From Myxococcota bacterium (GTDB lineage: Bacteria > Myxococcota_A > UBA9160 > JAFDDA01): a stretch of 64,000 nt of DNA. The position numbers were made by a program, and so were the translations under genes. The notes under the pieces are model-generated. The model ran no database searches. It worked only from the letters and a program-made list of their open reading frames with translations, and was not told the DNA's origin. The stretch's first letter is position 1, and every line of letters starts with the position of its first letter. The stretch spans positions 640,001 through 704,000 of the forward strand of contig OZ245817.1 of the NCBI GenBank assembly GCA_965228475.1, given 5' to 3'. This document shows, piece after piece, positions 10,977 through 20,684 of the stretch.

Positions 10977-12680
10977 CTACATCCGATCGTAGGACGGGCC
11001 CTCGCCGCCTTCCGGCGGCGTCCAGGTGATGACCTGGTAGGGGTCGGCGATGTCGCACGTCTTGCAGTGGACGCAGTTCTCGTGGTGGATCACGAGCTTC
11101 CGCTCCCCCGGGTTGTCGACGTCGTCGACCATCTCGTAGACCGCCGCGGGGCAGAAGCTCTCGCAGGGGTTGCCGTACTCCTCGGCGCACTGGGTCTTGC
11201 AGAGGTTCGTGTCGGCAACGACCAGGTGCGAGGGCTGGTCCGGCTCGTGGACGGCCCCGCTGTACTGCACCAGGTGCTCCTTGCTGAACGTGGTCTTCCC
11301 GTCGAACTCCATCGTTTCCTTGGTGCGCTTGCCGGCCGGAAGCTCCGAGAGCTTCTTCATGTGCCGGTGGCCCGCCTTGAACTTGATGTTGTCGATGAGA
11401 CCGCGGCCGCCCGTGATCATGCGGACCGGCTGGTTCAGGAAGAAGAACAGCATGCCGATCTCCCACGACCCGTGGAAGTTGCGCACGGCGTAGTGCTCGT
11501 CGTAGGCCCAGCTCTGGCGGTAGCGCTCGGTGTAGCCGCCGAGGGTCTTCGTGGTGAAGTCCTGCTGGGCGAGGGCGTCGACGATCGTGTCCGCGGCCAT
11601 CATCCCGGACTTCATCGCCATGTGGATGCCCGAGAGGTACTCGGCGTTGCAGAAGCCCGCCGAGTCGCCGACGAGCAGCGCGCCGTCGGTGTAGAGCTTC
11701 GGCTGGGAGTAGAGGCCGCCGACCGGGATCGTCTTCGCGCCGTACTTCACGAGCTCCGCGCCCTCGAGGATGTCCTGCATGAAGGCGTGGGTCTTGAACT
11801 TCTGCATCGCGAGATGCGGGTCGTTGAAGGGGCTGTCGCTGTCGAGCATCGGGACGTAGCCGATCGAGATGAGATCGTCGCCGAGATCGTAGAGCCACAT
11901 GCCCGAGACCGGGTTGAAGTAGTTCGGCCAACCCATGCCGTGGATGACGCGCCCGGGCTGATGCTTCTCGGGCTTGATCTTCCAGATCTCCTTGATGCCG
12001 GTCTCGTAGACCTGCGGGTTCATCCCCTGGAGCTGCTTGTCCTGGATGAGCTGCTTCGAGAGCGTGCCGCGCACGCCTTCGCCGAGCACGGTGACCTTGG
12101 CGAAGATGTCCATGCCGGGCTGGAAGGTGCCCTTGGGGTTGCCCTCGCGGTCGATGCCCATGTCGCCGGTTCGCACGCCCACGACGCGGCCGTTCTCGTA
12201 GAGAATCTTGTCGCCGGCGAAGCCCGGGTAGATCTCGACGCCCGCGGCCTCGCACTTCTCGGCGAGCCACTTGGCGACGCGGTTCAGCGACACGACGTAG
12301 TACCCGTTCTTGTAGAACTGGGGCGGCGTGGCGAAGCTCGGGGCGGCCAGCGAGAGCGCCTTCGTCAGGAAGAAGCGCAGGATCGACTTCTTCACCTTGT
12401 GCTCGATCGGGAAGCCCTGCTCCTCGTGATCGGGGATGAGCTCCTTGATCGCCTTCGGGTTCATCACCGCGCCCGAGAGCATGTGGTCGCCCACCTCGGC
12501 GCCCTTCTCGATGACGAGGACGGTCGGCGGCTCGATCGGCACGCCGCCCTCCTTGGCGATCTGCTCGTTGCGCTCTTCGACGCCCTGCATGAGGCGCAGC
12601 GCGGAAGCCAGGGTGGCCGGGCCGGCGCCGACGAACAGGACGTCGACCTCCATGCTCTCGCGTTCGATTTCCTGGCTCAT
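10977..12680 (-). CDS. Electron transfer flavoprotein-ubiquinone oxidoreductase
   Basis: VGAGPA FAD motif, EKGAEVGDHMLSGA, GIHMAMKSG, C-terminal FeS motifs FCPAAVYE and CVHCKTCDI. Confidence 0.95.
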   Translation of the reverse strand: MSQEIERESMEVDVLFVGAGPATLASALRLMQGVEERNEQIAKEGGVPIEPPTVLVIEKGAEVGDHMLSGAVMNPKAIKELIPDHEEQGFPIEHKVKKSILRFFLTKALSLAAPSFATPPQFYKNGYYVVSLNRVAKWLAEKCEAAGVEIYPGFAGDKILYENGRVVGVRTGDMGIDREGNPKGTFQPGMDIFAKVTVLGEGVRGTLSKQLIQDKQLQGMNPQVYETGIKEIWKIKPEKHQPGRVIHGMGWPNYFNPVSGMWLYDLGDDLISIGYVPMLDSDSPFNDPHLAMQKFKTHAFMQDILEGAELVKYGAKTIPVGGLYSQPKLYTDGALLVGDSAGFCNAEYLSGIHMAMKSGMMAADTIVDALAQQDFTTKTLGGYTERYRQSWAYDEHYAVRNFHGSWEIGMLFFFLNQPVRMITGGRGLIDNIKFKAGHRHMKKLSELPAGKRTKETMEFDGKTTFSKEHLVQYSGAVHEPDQPSHLVVADTNLCKTQCAEEYGNPCESFCPAAVYEMVDDVDNPGERKLVIHHENCVHCKTCDIADPYQVITWTPPEGGEGPSYDRM

Positions 12681-12749
12681 GGGGTGTCCTCCGGGGCGTT
12701 CTGGCGGGTGGATCCGAAGGGCCGCTTCGCGGCCGACCGGTCGCCTTGC

Positions 12750-12777
12750 AGGTTAGGTGAATGACGCGTCGGGTCAA
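12750..12777 (-). promoter_or_regulatory. Putative sigma70 promoter of ETF-QO with overlapping TGAC-N7-GTCA palindrome
   Basis: Minus strand TTGACC, 16 nt, TAACCT; TGAC (12762-12765) ... GTCA (12773-12776). Confidence 0.55.
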
Positions 12778-12850
12778 GCGAGTGGGTCTTGCAATGGTCC
12801 CGTCGCAAAAGGGGAAATTGGATCCGTGGCGCGCGCCCGGCAAGGTGCGC

Positions 12851-14263
12851 TCAGCCGTCGCTCGGGACCACCAGGGTGTCCCGGAAACCGACGAACAGGG
12901 CGAGCCCCAGGAGGGTCAGCAGGCCGGCGATGAAGAAGGGCGAGCCCAGGGCGAACTCGTCCGCGGTGAGGCCGCCGACCGTCGCTCCCGCGGGCAGCCA
13001 GCCGAGTAGCCAGCCACCGATGCTGCCCATCGCGAAGCCGCTCCACAGCGGGCCGACGATCCGGCCGGTGGTGGCCATGGATTGGCTCTGACCGAGGAGT
13101 TCGCCTGCGTCGTCCTCGCCGCAGGCCTTCGAGTAGAGGCTCGCGAGCGCCGGGAAGGCCAGGCCGTTGCCCACGGCGACGAAGGGGGCGAGCACGTAGA
13201 TCGCGGCGAGCGAAGGCATCCAGGGCATGGCCGCGAGGCCGAGGCCCATTACGAGCAGGCCCGCGACCACGAGGTTCGTCTCCCCGAACCGGTCCGAGAG
13301 CCGGCCGAGCGCGATCCCCTGGGTGACCGCGATCCAGAGCCCGATCCACATGAAGACCTGGCCGGCGGCCCACTCCTCGGCGCCGAAACGTTTGAAGAGG
13401 AACAGGGTGAACATCGCCTCGATGGCAGCGAAGGCCGTGAAGAGATGGAAGAACAGGTAGAGGTAGATGCCGATCCGGCGGTCGTGAACCATCGAGAGGA
13501 GGCGCAGCGGCGTCGGGATGAGGAGGCGCAGGATCTCGCCGAGGTTCCAGCGCCCGCCGTCCCCGGGGCGAGACTCCGGCAGGATGAAGATCGCCGCGAT
13601 CATGTTCACGAAGGAGGCGAGCATCACGACGGCGAAGGGCAGCCGCGGGCCGACCATCTCGAAGAAACCCTGCAGGAGGGGAGGGAGGCCCGTCGAGGAT
13701 TCGCCGAGCTCGCGGCCGACGGCGCCGAGCATCCCGCCGAGGGCCGGGCCGATCACGAAGCCGATGCCGAGCGCGGCGCCGAGCATGCCCATGCCGCGGG
13801 CGCGCCGTTCGGGCGGGGTCAGGTCGGTCACCATCGCCTGGGCGGTGCCGAGGCTCGCGGCGAAGAAGCCGGCGAGGAAGCGCGAGAGGTAGATCTCGAA
13901 GAGCGAATCCCCGACCACGAGGATCGCGTAGGCGACGGTCGTGCCCGCGAGGGAGCCGAGGATGGCGGGCCGTCGCCCGAGCCGGTCCGAGGCCCAGCCC
14001 CACATCGGAAGGAACAGGAGCTGGGTCAGGGCGTAGGTCGAGACGATCAGGCCGACGTCGAACGGTGTCGCGCCGAGCCGGTCCGCGAACAGCGGGAGCA
14101 CCGGGACGAGCACGCTGAACCCCGCGAAGTCGATCAGCATCGTCACGAAGAGGATCGGCATCGCCCACCGCTCGCGGCGGGAACGCGCGTCGTCGTCGAG
14201 CGGCGGAGGCGTCGCTTCGGGGCCGTTCTCGTCGTGCTGCGGAGGCTCGGCAGGCGGGTTCAT
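12851..14263 (-). CDS. MFS transporter (TetA/DHA1-like)
   Basis: Motif A WGWASDRLGRRP, motif C GFVIGPALGG, about 12 TM helices; start codon uncertain. Confidence 0.9.
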   Translation of the reverse strand: MNPPAEPPQHDENGPEATPPPLDDDARSRRERWAMPILFVTMLIDFAGFSVLVPVLPLFADRLGATPFDVGLIVSTYALTQLLFLPMWGWASDRLGRRPAILGSLAGTTVAYAILVVGDSLFEIYLSRFLAGFFAASLGTAQAMVTDLTPPERRARGMGMLGAALGIGFVIGPALGGMLGAVGRELGESSTGLPPLLQGFFEMVGPRLPFAVVMLASFVNMIAAIFILPESRPGDGGRWNLGEILRLLIPTPLRLLSMVHDRRIGIYLYLFFHLFTAFAAIEAMFTLFLFKRFGAEEWAAGQVFMWIGLWIAVTQGIALGRLSDRFGETNLVVAGLLVMGLGLAAMPWMPSLAAIYVLAPFVAVGNGLAFPALASLYSKACGEDDAGELLGQSQSMATTGRIVGPLWSGFAMGSIGGWLLGWLPAGATVGGLTADEFALGSPFFIAGLLTLLGLALFVGFRDTLVVPSDG

Positions 14264-14322
14264 GGGGGCGCCGGAGCGTAGCACGGCGGCCATTCGTTCC
14301 GGTGGGCCGCTATGATGCAACG

Positions 14323-15267
14323 ATGGGCATCGAAGGCTCGGGCCTGGTCGACATCGCGCGCGAGTTCCTGCTCGCCTACCGCCGCACCCGTGAGGTCGCG
14401 GCCCTCCACCGCTCGGGCGAACTGAGCTTCGACGTCGTCGAAGGCTGGGTGGGCGACGACGACTCGAGCGCGCTCTTCCGGCTGAAGGAACGCTGCCACG
14501 GCCTGATTCGCTACGAGGACGAAGCCGACGGCGGCGTCGAACGCGCCGGGCTCCTCGATCTCACCGTGGGCGCGCTCTTCCACGAGGCCATGTGTTTCCG
14601 GGAGAACTTCTATCAGAGCGAGGTCTACGGGCCGCGGGTGCGGCGCCTGCGCGGAGCGACCGAAGAAGAGACCGAGCTGATCCGCGAGTTCGATCGCATC
14701 CTCGCCGGGGTCTCCGACCGCCTCGACGAAGCCCTCGAGGAGACCGAGGCCCTGCTCGCGCAGACGCGCCGCCAGTTCAAGGGCCTCCTGCGCGCCCACG
14801 CCGACGACGGGCTGGTGGCCCGCCTGCTCGTCGAGAACGCCGGCTACGTGGCGCTGGTCTTCGAGGGCGGCCTCGACGTCCTGTTCGAAGAAATCCATGG
14901 CGGCGCCGCCGAAGGCTACGCCCTGGCCGCGCGCTCCTACCTGGATAGCGGCCATTTCTCCGAAGCAGCGGTCGGCCTCCGGGAGGCCCGTGCGCGTGGC
15001 GGAGAACAGACGGTCTGGCTCCGGCTCGGCGCCTACGCGGCCGCCATGGAAGCCTACCGCGACGGTCTCTACGTGGAAGCGGTGTCGGCCCTCTCGCGTT
15101 GGATCGATCAGGATCCGCCCGCGGACGAGAGGCCCTACGCGGCGCTCGCCGTCGATGCCCTCGCGCATCTCTCGAAGCTCGTGGAGCCCGAAGAAGAAGC
15201 GCAGGTGCTTCCGGCGGCCGAAGCGCTGGTGGGTCGGCTCACGGAGTTCGCCGCCGAGGGCGCCTAG
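14323..15267 (+). CDS. Hypothetical alpha-helical protein
   Basis: Host-like codon usage; LFRLKERCH...LLDLTVGALFHEAMCFRENFYQ; TPR-like C-terminus; TATGAT 6 nt before ATG. Confidence 0.75.
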   Translation: MGIEGSGLVDIAREFLLAYRRTREVAALHRSGELSFDVVEGWVGDDDSSALFRLKERCHGLIRYEDEADGGVERAGLLDLTVGALFHEAMCFRENFYQSEVYGPRVRRLRGATEEETELIREFDRILAGVSDRLDEALEETEALLAQTRRQFKGLLRAHADDGLVARLLVENAGYVALVFEGGLDVLFEEIHGGAAEGYALAARSYLDSGHFSEAAVGLREARARGGEQTVWLRLGAYAAAMEAYRDGLYVEAVSALSRWIDQDPPADERPYAALAVDALAHLSKLVEPEEEAQVLPAAEALVGRLTEFAAEGA

Positions 15268-15285
15268 CGGGAGCGCGTTCGGGCG

Positions 15286-15942
15286 CTACTCGGAGGAAGC
15301 GTCACCCGGCGTGTCGTCGTCGCGATCGACCAGCACCCCGTTCCTCACGAGATTCGCCGTCTCCTTGCGACGCCAGGCGACCTGGCTCGCGGTGAAGAGA
15401 TCGTCGACGCCGAGCACGGCGGCGCCGAAGTCGCGCGACGCGTAGTGGAAGAACAGACCGCCGAACATGCTCATGAAGAAGTGCCGGGCCGAGTGGTTTC
15501 GGAACACGCCGGCATCGGCGCCTTCCCGATAGAACTTCAGGATGGGCGTGATCGTCCCGTTGATCAGCGGCCGGGCCTCCTCGAAGTCGAAGGGCGAGCG
15601 GTCCACGAACATGCGGAAGAGGATCTTCGAGTAGTTCGGCCGCTCGGCGAGCAGGTCGTTCATCGCGCCGAGCAGGTAGTCGAGGCGCTCCTCGTGGGTT
15701 CCCGGCCGTTCGAGCCCGCCGATGATCGTGTCCCGCAGGGCCTCGAGCATCGTCAGCAGGACCGAGTTGTAGAGCGCCGCCTTGCTCGGATAGTAGTAGT
15801 AGAGCGCCGTCTTCTGGACGCCGACCTGCTCGGCGATGGCCTGCAGGTGCGCGCCGGAGTAGCCGTAGGTCGCGAACTCGGTCTCCGAGATCTCGAGGAT
15901 CTTGTTCCTCGTGTCGGCGCTGCGGGTTCGTTTCTCGCTCAA
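15286..15942 (-). CDS. TetR/AcrR family transcriptional regulator
   Basis: HTH GYSGAHLQAIAEQVGVQKTALYYYYPSK; TTG start overlaps the lgt stop. Confidence 0.9.
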   Translation of the reverse strand: MSEKRTRSADTRNKILEISETEFATYGYSGAHLQAIAEQVGVQKTALYYYYPSKAALYNSVLLTMLEALRDTIIGGLERPGTHEERLDYLLGAMNDLLAERPNYSKILFRMFVDRSPFDFEEARPLINGTITPILKFYREGADAGVFRNHSARHFFMSMFGGLFFHYASRDFGAAVLGVDDLFTASQVAWRRKETANLVRNGVLVDRDDDTPGDASSE

Positions 15943-16715
15943 GAGGCGGCCTCGGCTGGCGGATCCCCCAGGAGCGGGGAGGAGTACGGGTTCTTCCGAT
16001 AGTGCACCCAGAGGGCACCGCCCGACAAGAGCAGGGCGATGGCGATCACCTGGGGCTCGGTCAGGGGGCCGAGGATCGGCTCGTTCACGCGCCAGTGCTC
16101 GATCACGAGCCGCCCGGCACCGTTCCACATCATGTACTCGGCCCAGAGCGAGGGCGACTTCTTGCGCCGGCGCCACAGGACGGAGGCGCCGATGAAGAGC
16201 CAGACCATCTCGTAGAGCATGGTCGGGTGGACGGTGTCGAGCGTCGGCGGAGCGCCCTGCGGGAACGCCATGCCCCACGGAACGTCGGTCACCTTGCCGT
16301 AGTCGTCGCCGACGAGGAAGCAGCCGATCCGCCCGAGGGCCTGGCCCCAGAGCAGCACGACCGCGCAGCAATCCGTGAAGACCTTGAGCGGCACCTTGTG
16401 GATGACGCAGCCGAGCCAACCGAAGAGGAAGCCGCCGATCAGCCCGCCGTAGAAGGTGATGCCATCGCGCGAGAGCATCAGCGGCCAGAAGTCGAGGTCC
16501 TGACGGATGGAGACGTCCACGGCGAAGTAGAGCTTCGAGCCGAAGATGCCGCCGAACATCAGGTAGAGCAGGAAGACCGAGGAGAGCTCGCCGTCGAGCC
16601 CTTCCTCTTCCATGCGCTTCTGGCAGATCCAGGTTCCCGTGAGGAACGCGATGGCCAGCATCACGCCGAAGGAGCTGATCGGTGCGCCGAAGACTTCGAA
16701 GACGGTGGGGTACAT
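15939..16715 (-). CDS. lgt: Prolipoprotein diacylglyceryl transferase
   Basis: MYPTVF, GITFYGGLIGG, QALGRIGCFLVGDDYG, HPTMLYE. Confidence 0.93.
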   Translation of the reverse strand: MYPTVFEVFGAPISSFGVMLAIAFLTGTWICQKRMEEEGLDGELSSVFLLYLMFGGIFGSKLYFAVDVSIRQDLDFWPLMLSRDGITFYGGLIGGFLFGWLGCVIHKVPLKVFTDCCAVVLLWGQALGRIGCFLVGDDYGKVTDVPWGMAFPQGAPPTLDTVHPTMLYEMVWLFIGASVLWRRRKKSPSLWAEYMMWNGAGRLVIEHWRVNEPILGPLTEPQVIAIALLLSGGALWVHYRKNPYSSPLLGDPPAEAAS

Positions 16716-16802
16716 GGCGGCGCCGACACTACCGCCCCCCGCCGGGCCCAACAAGCGCGGGACCCTGGTCCGTGGGTGACTTCGCCCGGCTCGTCCCGGC
16801 CG

Positions 16803-18326
16803 CTACTCGAGGGGGAGCGTCAGGTGGAAGGCGGCGCCCTGGCCCGGGTTGCCCTCGACCCAGACCCGCCCGCCCTGGCTCTGCACGATCTTCTTCACGA
16901 TCGCCAGGCCGATGCCGGTCCCTCGGCGGCCGTCGGCGCGGGGGCCCGCGCTCTGGAAGAGCTCGAAGATGCGCTCGCGCTGGTCGACCTCGACCCCGCG
17001 GCCGTTGTCGCGCACCACGATGTGGTGCTCGCCGGGTTCTTCGAAGACGTCGATCCGGATCTCGGGCGAATCGACCGGGCCCATGTAGTCGAGGGCGTTG
17101 CCGATCAGGTTCGAGAACACCTGGTAGAGCCGCGTGCGGTCGCACACGACCACCGGCGGCTCCGCCGGCAGGGTGAGCCGGGCGCCCTGGCTCTCGAGGC
17201 GCGGCTTGAGCTCCGCCTGGAGCTGGTGCAGGACGTCGTTCACGTTGACGTGGACGTTGTACTGCTGGGTGCTCTCGATCCGGGAGAGCTCGAGGAGATC
17301 GTTGATCAACGTCTCCATCGTGTGGCCGGCCTTCTCGATGCGGTCGAGGAAGTGGCGCGCGGTCTCGTCGAAGCCCTCGCCGTACTCCTGCCGCAGCAGG
17401 CGCGAGAAACCGAGCAGCGAAACGAGCGGCGAGCGCAGATCGTGGGTGACGTTCTGGACGTAGTGCTCGAGCTCGCTGTTCTTGCGGCGGAGCTCGGCCT
17501 CCTTGCGCCCCAGCTCCTCGCGAATGCGGTGTTCTTCGGTCTGGTCGTGCAGGACCACGACGCTCCCGGACACCGACCCGTCGCCGAGGCGGAGTTCGCT
17601 GGCCGACACCACGACGTGACGGGCCGAGCCGTCCGCGTGCCGGAGCTCGGTTTCGTGCCCCCGTGCTTCGGGCGGGCCGACGATCGCGGCGGCGAGCCGT
17701 TCCGGGCTCGCGGCGAGCATGCCGACGGGCTTCTCGAGGAGTTCGTCGGACGAGAACCCGAGCAGCCGCCCGATGGCGGGGTTCACGTAGGTGATGAAGC
17801 CGCGCCGGTCGCAGGCGAGCACCGGCGCCGGTGAACTCGCGAGGACGCCCGAAAGGAAGGCCGCCGTTTCGCGCTGCTCGCGCGTGCGGTCTTCGCGCTC
17901 GGCCACCGGGCGAACGATTCCGACGAGGACGCCGTCGGCCTCCGCATCTCGAGCTTCCGCGTCGCGCGTCGGCAGCTTGACCGCGTCGATCTCGACCGGG
18001 ACGACGGCGCCCTGGCAATCGAGCAGGTCGGCCAGCGCGGCATGGACGGCGCCGTCGCGCGCGAAGCGCTGGCGGATCTCTTCGAGCTGTTCGGGATGGG
18101 CGAAGTACTCGCGCGTCGGGCGCGCGGCGCGCCAGCCGGCCTCGTCCTCAACTCCCGTTTGAGAGGCGCCGACCCCGCGCAAGGCACCCAGCCCGTCGCT
18201 GATCCAGATCAAGCGCCCCTCGCCATCGGCGGCGAAGACCGCCCGGTGGAGCTTCGCCAGGCCTTCCAGAACGGAGAGCGCGGAGAGATCTTTCAGCGAG
18301 GACAGGACGTTGGGGCCTTCGAGCAT
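16803..18326 (-). CDS. PAS-domain sensor histidine kinase (cytoplasmic)
   Basis: H-box VTHDLRSPL, N-box NLIGNA, DNGRG, GTGIGLAIVKKIV; two PAS-like regions; no adjacent response regulator. Confidence 0.93.
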   Translation of the reverse strand: MLEGPNVLSSLKDLSALSVLEGLAKLHRAVFAADGEGRLIWISDGLGALRGVGASQTGVEDEAGWRAARPTREYFAHPEQLEEIRQRFARDGAVHAALADLLDCQGAVVPVEIDAVKLPTRDAEARDAEADGVLVGIVRPVAEREDRTREQRETAAFLSGVLASSPAPVLACDRRGFITYVNPAIGRLLGFSSDELLEKPVGMLAASPERLAAAIVGPPEARGHETELRHADGSARHVVVSASELRLGDGSVSGSVVVLHDQTEEHRIREELGRKEAELRRKNSELEHYVQNVTHDLRSPLVSLLGFSRLLRQEYGEGFDETARHFLDRIEKAGHTMETLINDLLELSRIESTQQYNVHVNVNDVLHQLQAELKPRLESQGARLTLPAEPPVVVCDRTRLYQVFSNLIGNALDYMGPVDSPEIRIDVFEEPGEHHIVVRDNGRGVEVDQRERIFELFQSAGPRADGRRGTGIGLAIVKKIVQSQGGRVWVEGNPGQGAAFHLTLPLE

Positions 18327-18673
18327 CTTCTTCCGAGAACTCCTGATTCCGGCCGGAGGGGCATGCTATCAGACCCCCAATTCGGGGGTCAAAGGGTCGC
18401 TCGAGGCGTGCCGGAAGCTTCACGGCGCTGCTTCTTCGTGAGGGTGAACTGCCCGCGGGTTGCACGGAAACGTCGTTCGGCAGGGGCCGGGAGCTTTCGG
18501 CGGCGGGGCCCTCTCCCCGCTTGCGAGCTGCCGGTCCCGGCGACTAACCTGCGCCCCAACCGAACTTCACTGGCAGCACCGACGCAGGCACGCCCTTTTC
18601 CCCCGGGGGTGCATCACCTCCCCGGCCGTTCCCACCACTCACGGTCGAGCCGCGTCGCGCTCCAGGAGATCGT

Positions 18674-19219
18674 ATGAGTCGCTGGCATCTCGTGTTCGTG
18701 GCCCTCTGGGCCCTGGGCCTGACGATGAGAGGGCCCGTTCTGGAGCCGACCCCCGCCGTTTCCGCGGGGGCCGAGAGCGCCGCCGTGGCGCCGCTCGATG
18801 CCGAGGGCGTCGCCCGGATCATGGGCGAGTGGAACCCGGGCCTCTCCCCGGTGGAGCGCGAGCGCATCGGCGATGCCGTCATGCGCTGCAACGAGCAGCA
18901 CGGCCTCGACCCGACCCTGGTGACCGGCCTCATCTGGGTGGAGAGCCGCGGGCGGCCCTGGGCGCGCAGCAACAAGGGCGCGCTCGGCCTGATGCAGGTG
19001 ATGCCGTACATGTCCGGGCCCATGGGCCTGGCCGGCAACTCCACCACGATCGAATCGAACGTCGCCGCCGGCTGCCGGATCCTCGCCGAGAACATCGAGC
19101 GCCTCGGCCTCGAGGACGGGGTCTCGGCGTACTTCTGGGGCGGCAACATCCGCAACGCGAACTACCTGAACAAGGTGATGAGCGCGCGCCAGCGGATCCT
19201 CGACGAGGTCTCGTCCTAG
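18674..19219 (+). CDS. Lytic transglycosylase (SLT domain)
   Basis: LIWVESRG, SNKGALGLMQVMP, NVAAG, NYLNKV. Confidence 0.9.
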   Translation: MSRWHLVFVALWALGLTMRGPVLEPTPAVSAGAESAAVAPLDAEGVARIMGEWNPGLSPVERERIGDAVMRCNEQHGLDPTLVTGLIWVESRGRPWARSNKGALGLMQVMPYMSGPMGLAGNSTTIESNVAAGCRILAENIERLGLEDGVSAYFWGGNIRNANYLNKVMSARQRILDEVSS

Positions 19220-19243
19220 CGGGACGAGGTCTCGTCCTAGCGG
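19202..19243 (+). repeat. Perfect 21-bp tandem duplication of the SLT gene end
   Basis: GACGAGGTCTCGTCCTAGCGG x2 (19202-19222, 19223-19243). Confidence 0.9.
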
Positions 19244-19296
19244 GCCTTCCGCCTCCGGCGTAGCGCGACGCGAACCGCGTCGGTTAGCCTCGCCCC

Positions 19297-20148
19297 GTGT
19301 CCCAGCAAGCCGTGAAGCGCCGCGAGTCCCATCTCGAAGGAGCGGGGGGCGTGCGCCTGCACCGCCGTTCCTGGCGGCCGGAGGCCCCGCGCGCCGCTCT
19401 CCTCCTGGTCCACGGCTACGCCGAGCACTCGGCCCGCTACGACCACGTCGGCCACTGGTTCGCCGAGCGCGGCTTCGCCGTCCACGGTTACGACCACCGC
19501 GGCCACGGGCGCTCGGACGGCCCGGTCTGCCACGTCGACCGCTTCGACGAGTTCCTCGACGATCTCGCCCGCATGCTCGCCGCCGTCCGCGAAGAGGAGC
19601 CGGGCCGCCCGATCTTCCTCGTCGCCCACAGCATGGGCGGGCTCATCGCGAGCGCCTTCCTGCGGGAGCGCCAGCCGGACGTCGCCGGTGCGGTCCTCTC
19701 GGGGCCGGCCCTCGGGTTGAGCGACGAGATGCCGACCTGGCGCAAGGTCATCGTGAAGTTCCTCCGCCGCGTGACGCCGAAGCTCGCCCTGCCGAGCGGG
19801 CTCCCCGTCGACGGGATCTCTCGGGATCCGGAGGTCGTGCGGCGCTACCAGGCCGACCCGCTCGTGCACTCTACGATGACGAGCTCCTTCGCGGTCGAGA
19901 TGGTGGCCGCCGTCGAGCGCACCGGCGCCGGGGGCGCGGACGTGCGCGTCCCGGTCCTGCTCCTCCACGGCGAGGCGGATCGACTCTGTCCGGTGGACGC
20001 GAGCCGCACCTTCGCCGCCGCGCTCGTGACCGAGGGCTCGGAGATCAAGACCTACCCCGAGCTCTACCACGAGATCTTCAACGAGCCCGAGCAGGAGGCC
20101 GTGTTCGCCGACGCCCTGGCCTGGCTCGAGAAACGTCTCGCCGGATGA
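19297..20148 (+). CDS. Alpha/beta hydrolase (lysophospholipase / monoacylglycerol lipase family)
   Basis: HGYAEHSARY, DHRGHGRS, AHSMGG, HGEAD, YHEIFNE. Confidence 0.92.
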   Translation: MSQQAVKRRESHLEGAGGVRLHRRSWRPEAPRAALLLVHGYAEHSARYDHVGHWFAERGFAVHGYDHRGHGRSDGPVCHVDRFDEFLDDLARMLAAVREEEPGRPIFLVAHSMGGLIASAFLRERQPDVAGAVLSGPALGLSDEMPTWRKVIVKFLRRVTPKLALPSGLPVDGISRDPEVVRRYQADPLVHSTMTSSFAVEMVAAVERTGAGGADVRVPVLLLHGEADRLCPVDASRTFAAALVTEGSEIKTYPELYHEIFNEPEQEAVFADALAWLEKRLAG

Positions 20149-20636
20149 GCCAGCGACTCACCCATCTCGATGAAGAAGGCCGCGCCCGCATGGTCGACGT
20201 CGGCGACAAGCCGGTCACCGCGCGCGAGTGCGTCGCCGACGGCCGCGTGCACATGGCGGCCGAGACCCTCGACGCCATCCGCGAGGGCCGGATCCTCAAG
20301 GGGGACGTCTTCGCCACGGCCCGGCTCGGCGCCATCCAGGCCGCCAAGCGGACCCACGAGTGGATCCCGCTTGCGCACCCGCTGCCGCTCGATTTCCTCG
20401 ACGTCGAGCTCACGCCCGAGCCCGACGCGCCCGGCGGCCCGGCGGTGCGGATCGAGGCGACGGCGCGCGTGGCGGCCCGCACGGGGGTGGAAATGGAGGC
20501 CATGGTGGCGGTCTCCGCCGCGGGGCTCATCATCTACGACATGTGCAAGGCCATCGACCGCGGGATGACGATCGACGCCGTGGGGCTCCTCCGGAAACGC
20601 GGCGGCAAGAGCGGGAATTGGCAAAGGTCCGGATAA
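20145..20636 (+). CDS. moaC: Cyclic pyranopterin monophosphate synthase
   Basis: LTHLDEEGRARMVDV, TGVEMEA, IYDMCKAIDR, GGKSG. Confidence 0.95.
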   Translation: MSQRLTHLDEEGRARMVDVGDKPVTARECVADGRVHMAAETLDAIREGRILKGDVFATARLGAIQAAKRTHEWIPLAHPLPLDFLDVELTPEPDAPGGPAVRIEATARVAARTGVEMEAMVAVSAAGLIIYDMCKAIDRGMTIDAVGLLRKRGGKSGNWQRSG

Positions 20637-20649
20637 GCTCGGCCTTTTC

Positions 20650-20677
20650 CGAACTCCTGGCGGGGAGCCGGTGTCCG
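20650..20677 (+). promoter_or_regulatory. Putative autoregulatory ECF promoter
   Basis: CGAACT, 17 nt, GTCCG, ending 7 nt before the ECF sigma ATG; fits the general ECF GAAC...GTC pattern. Confidence 0.5.
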
Positions 20678-20684
20678 TAGGGGG

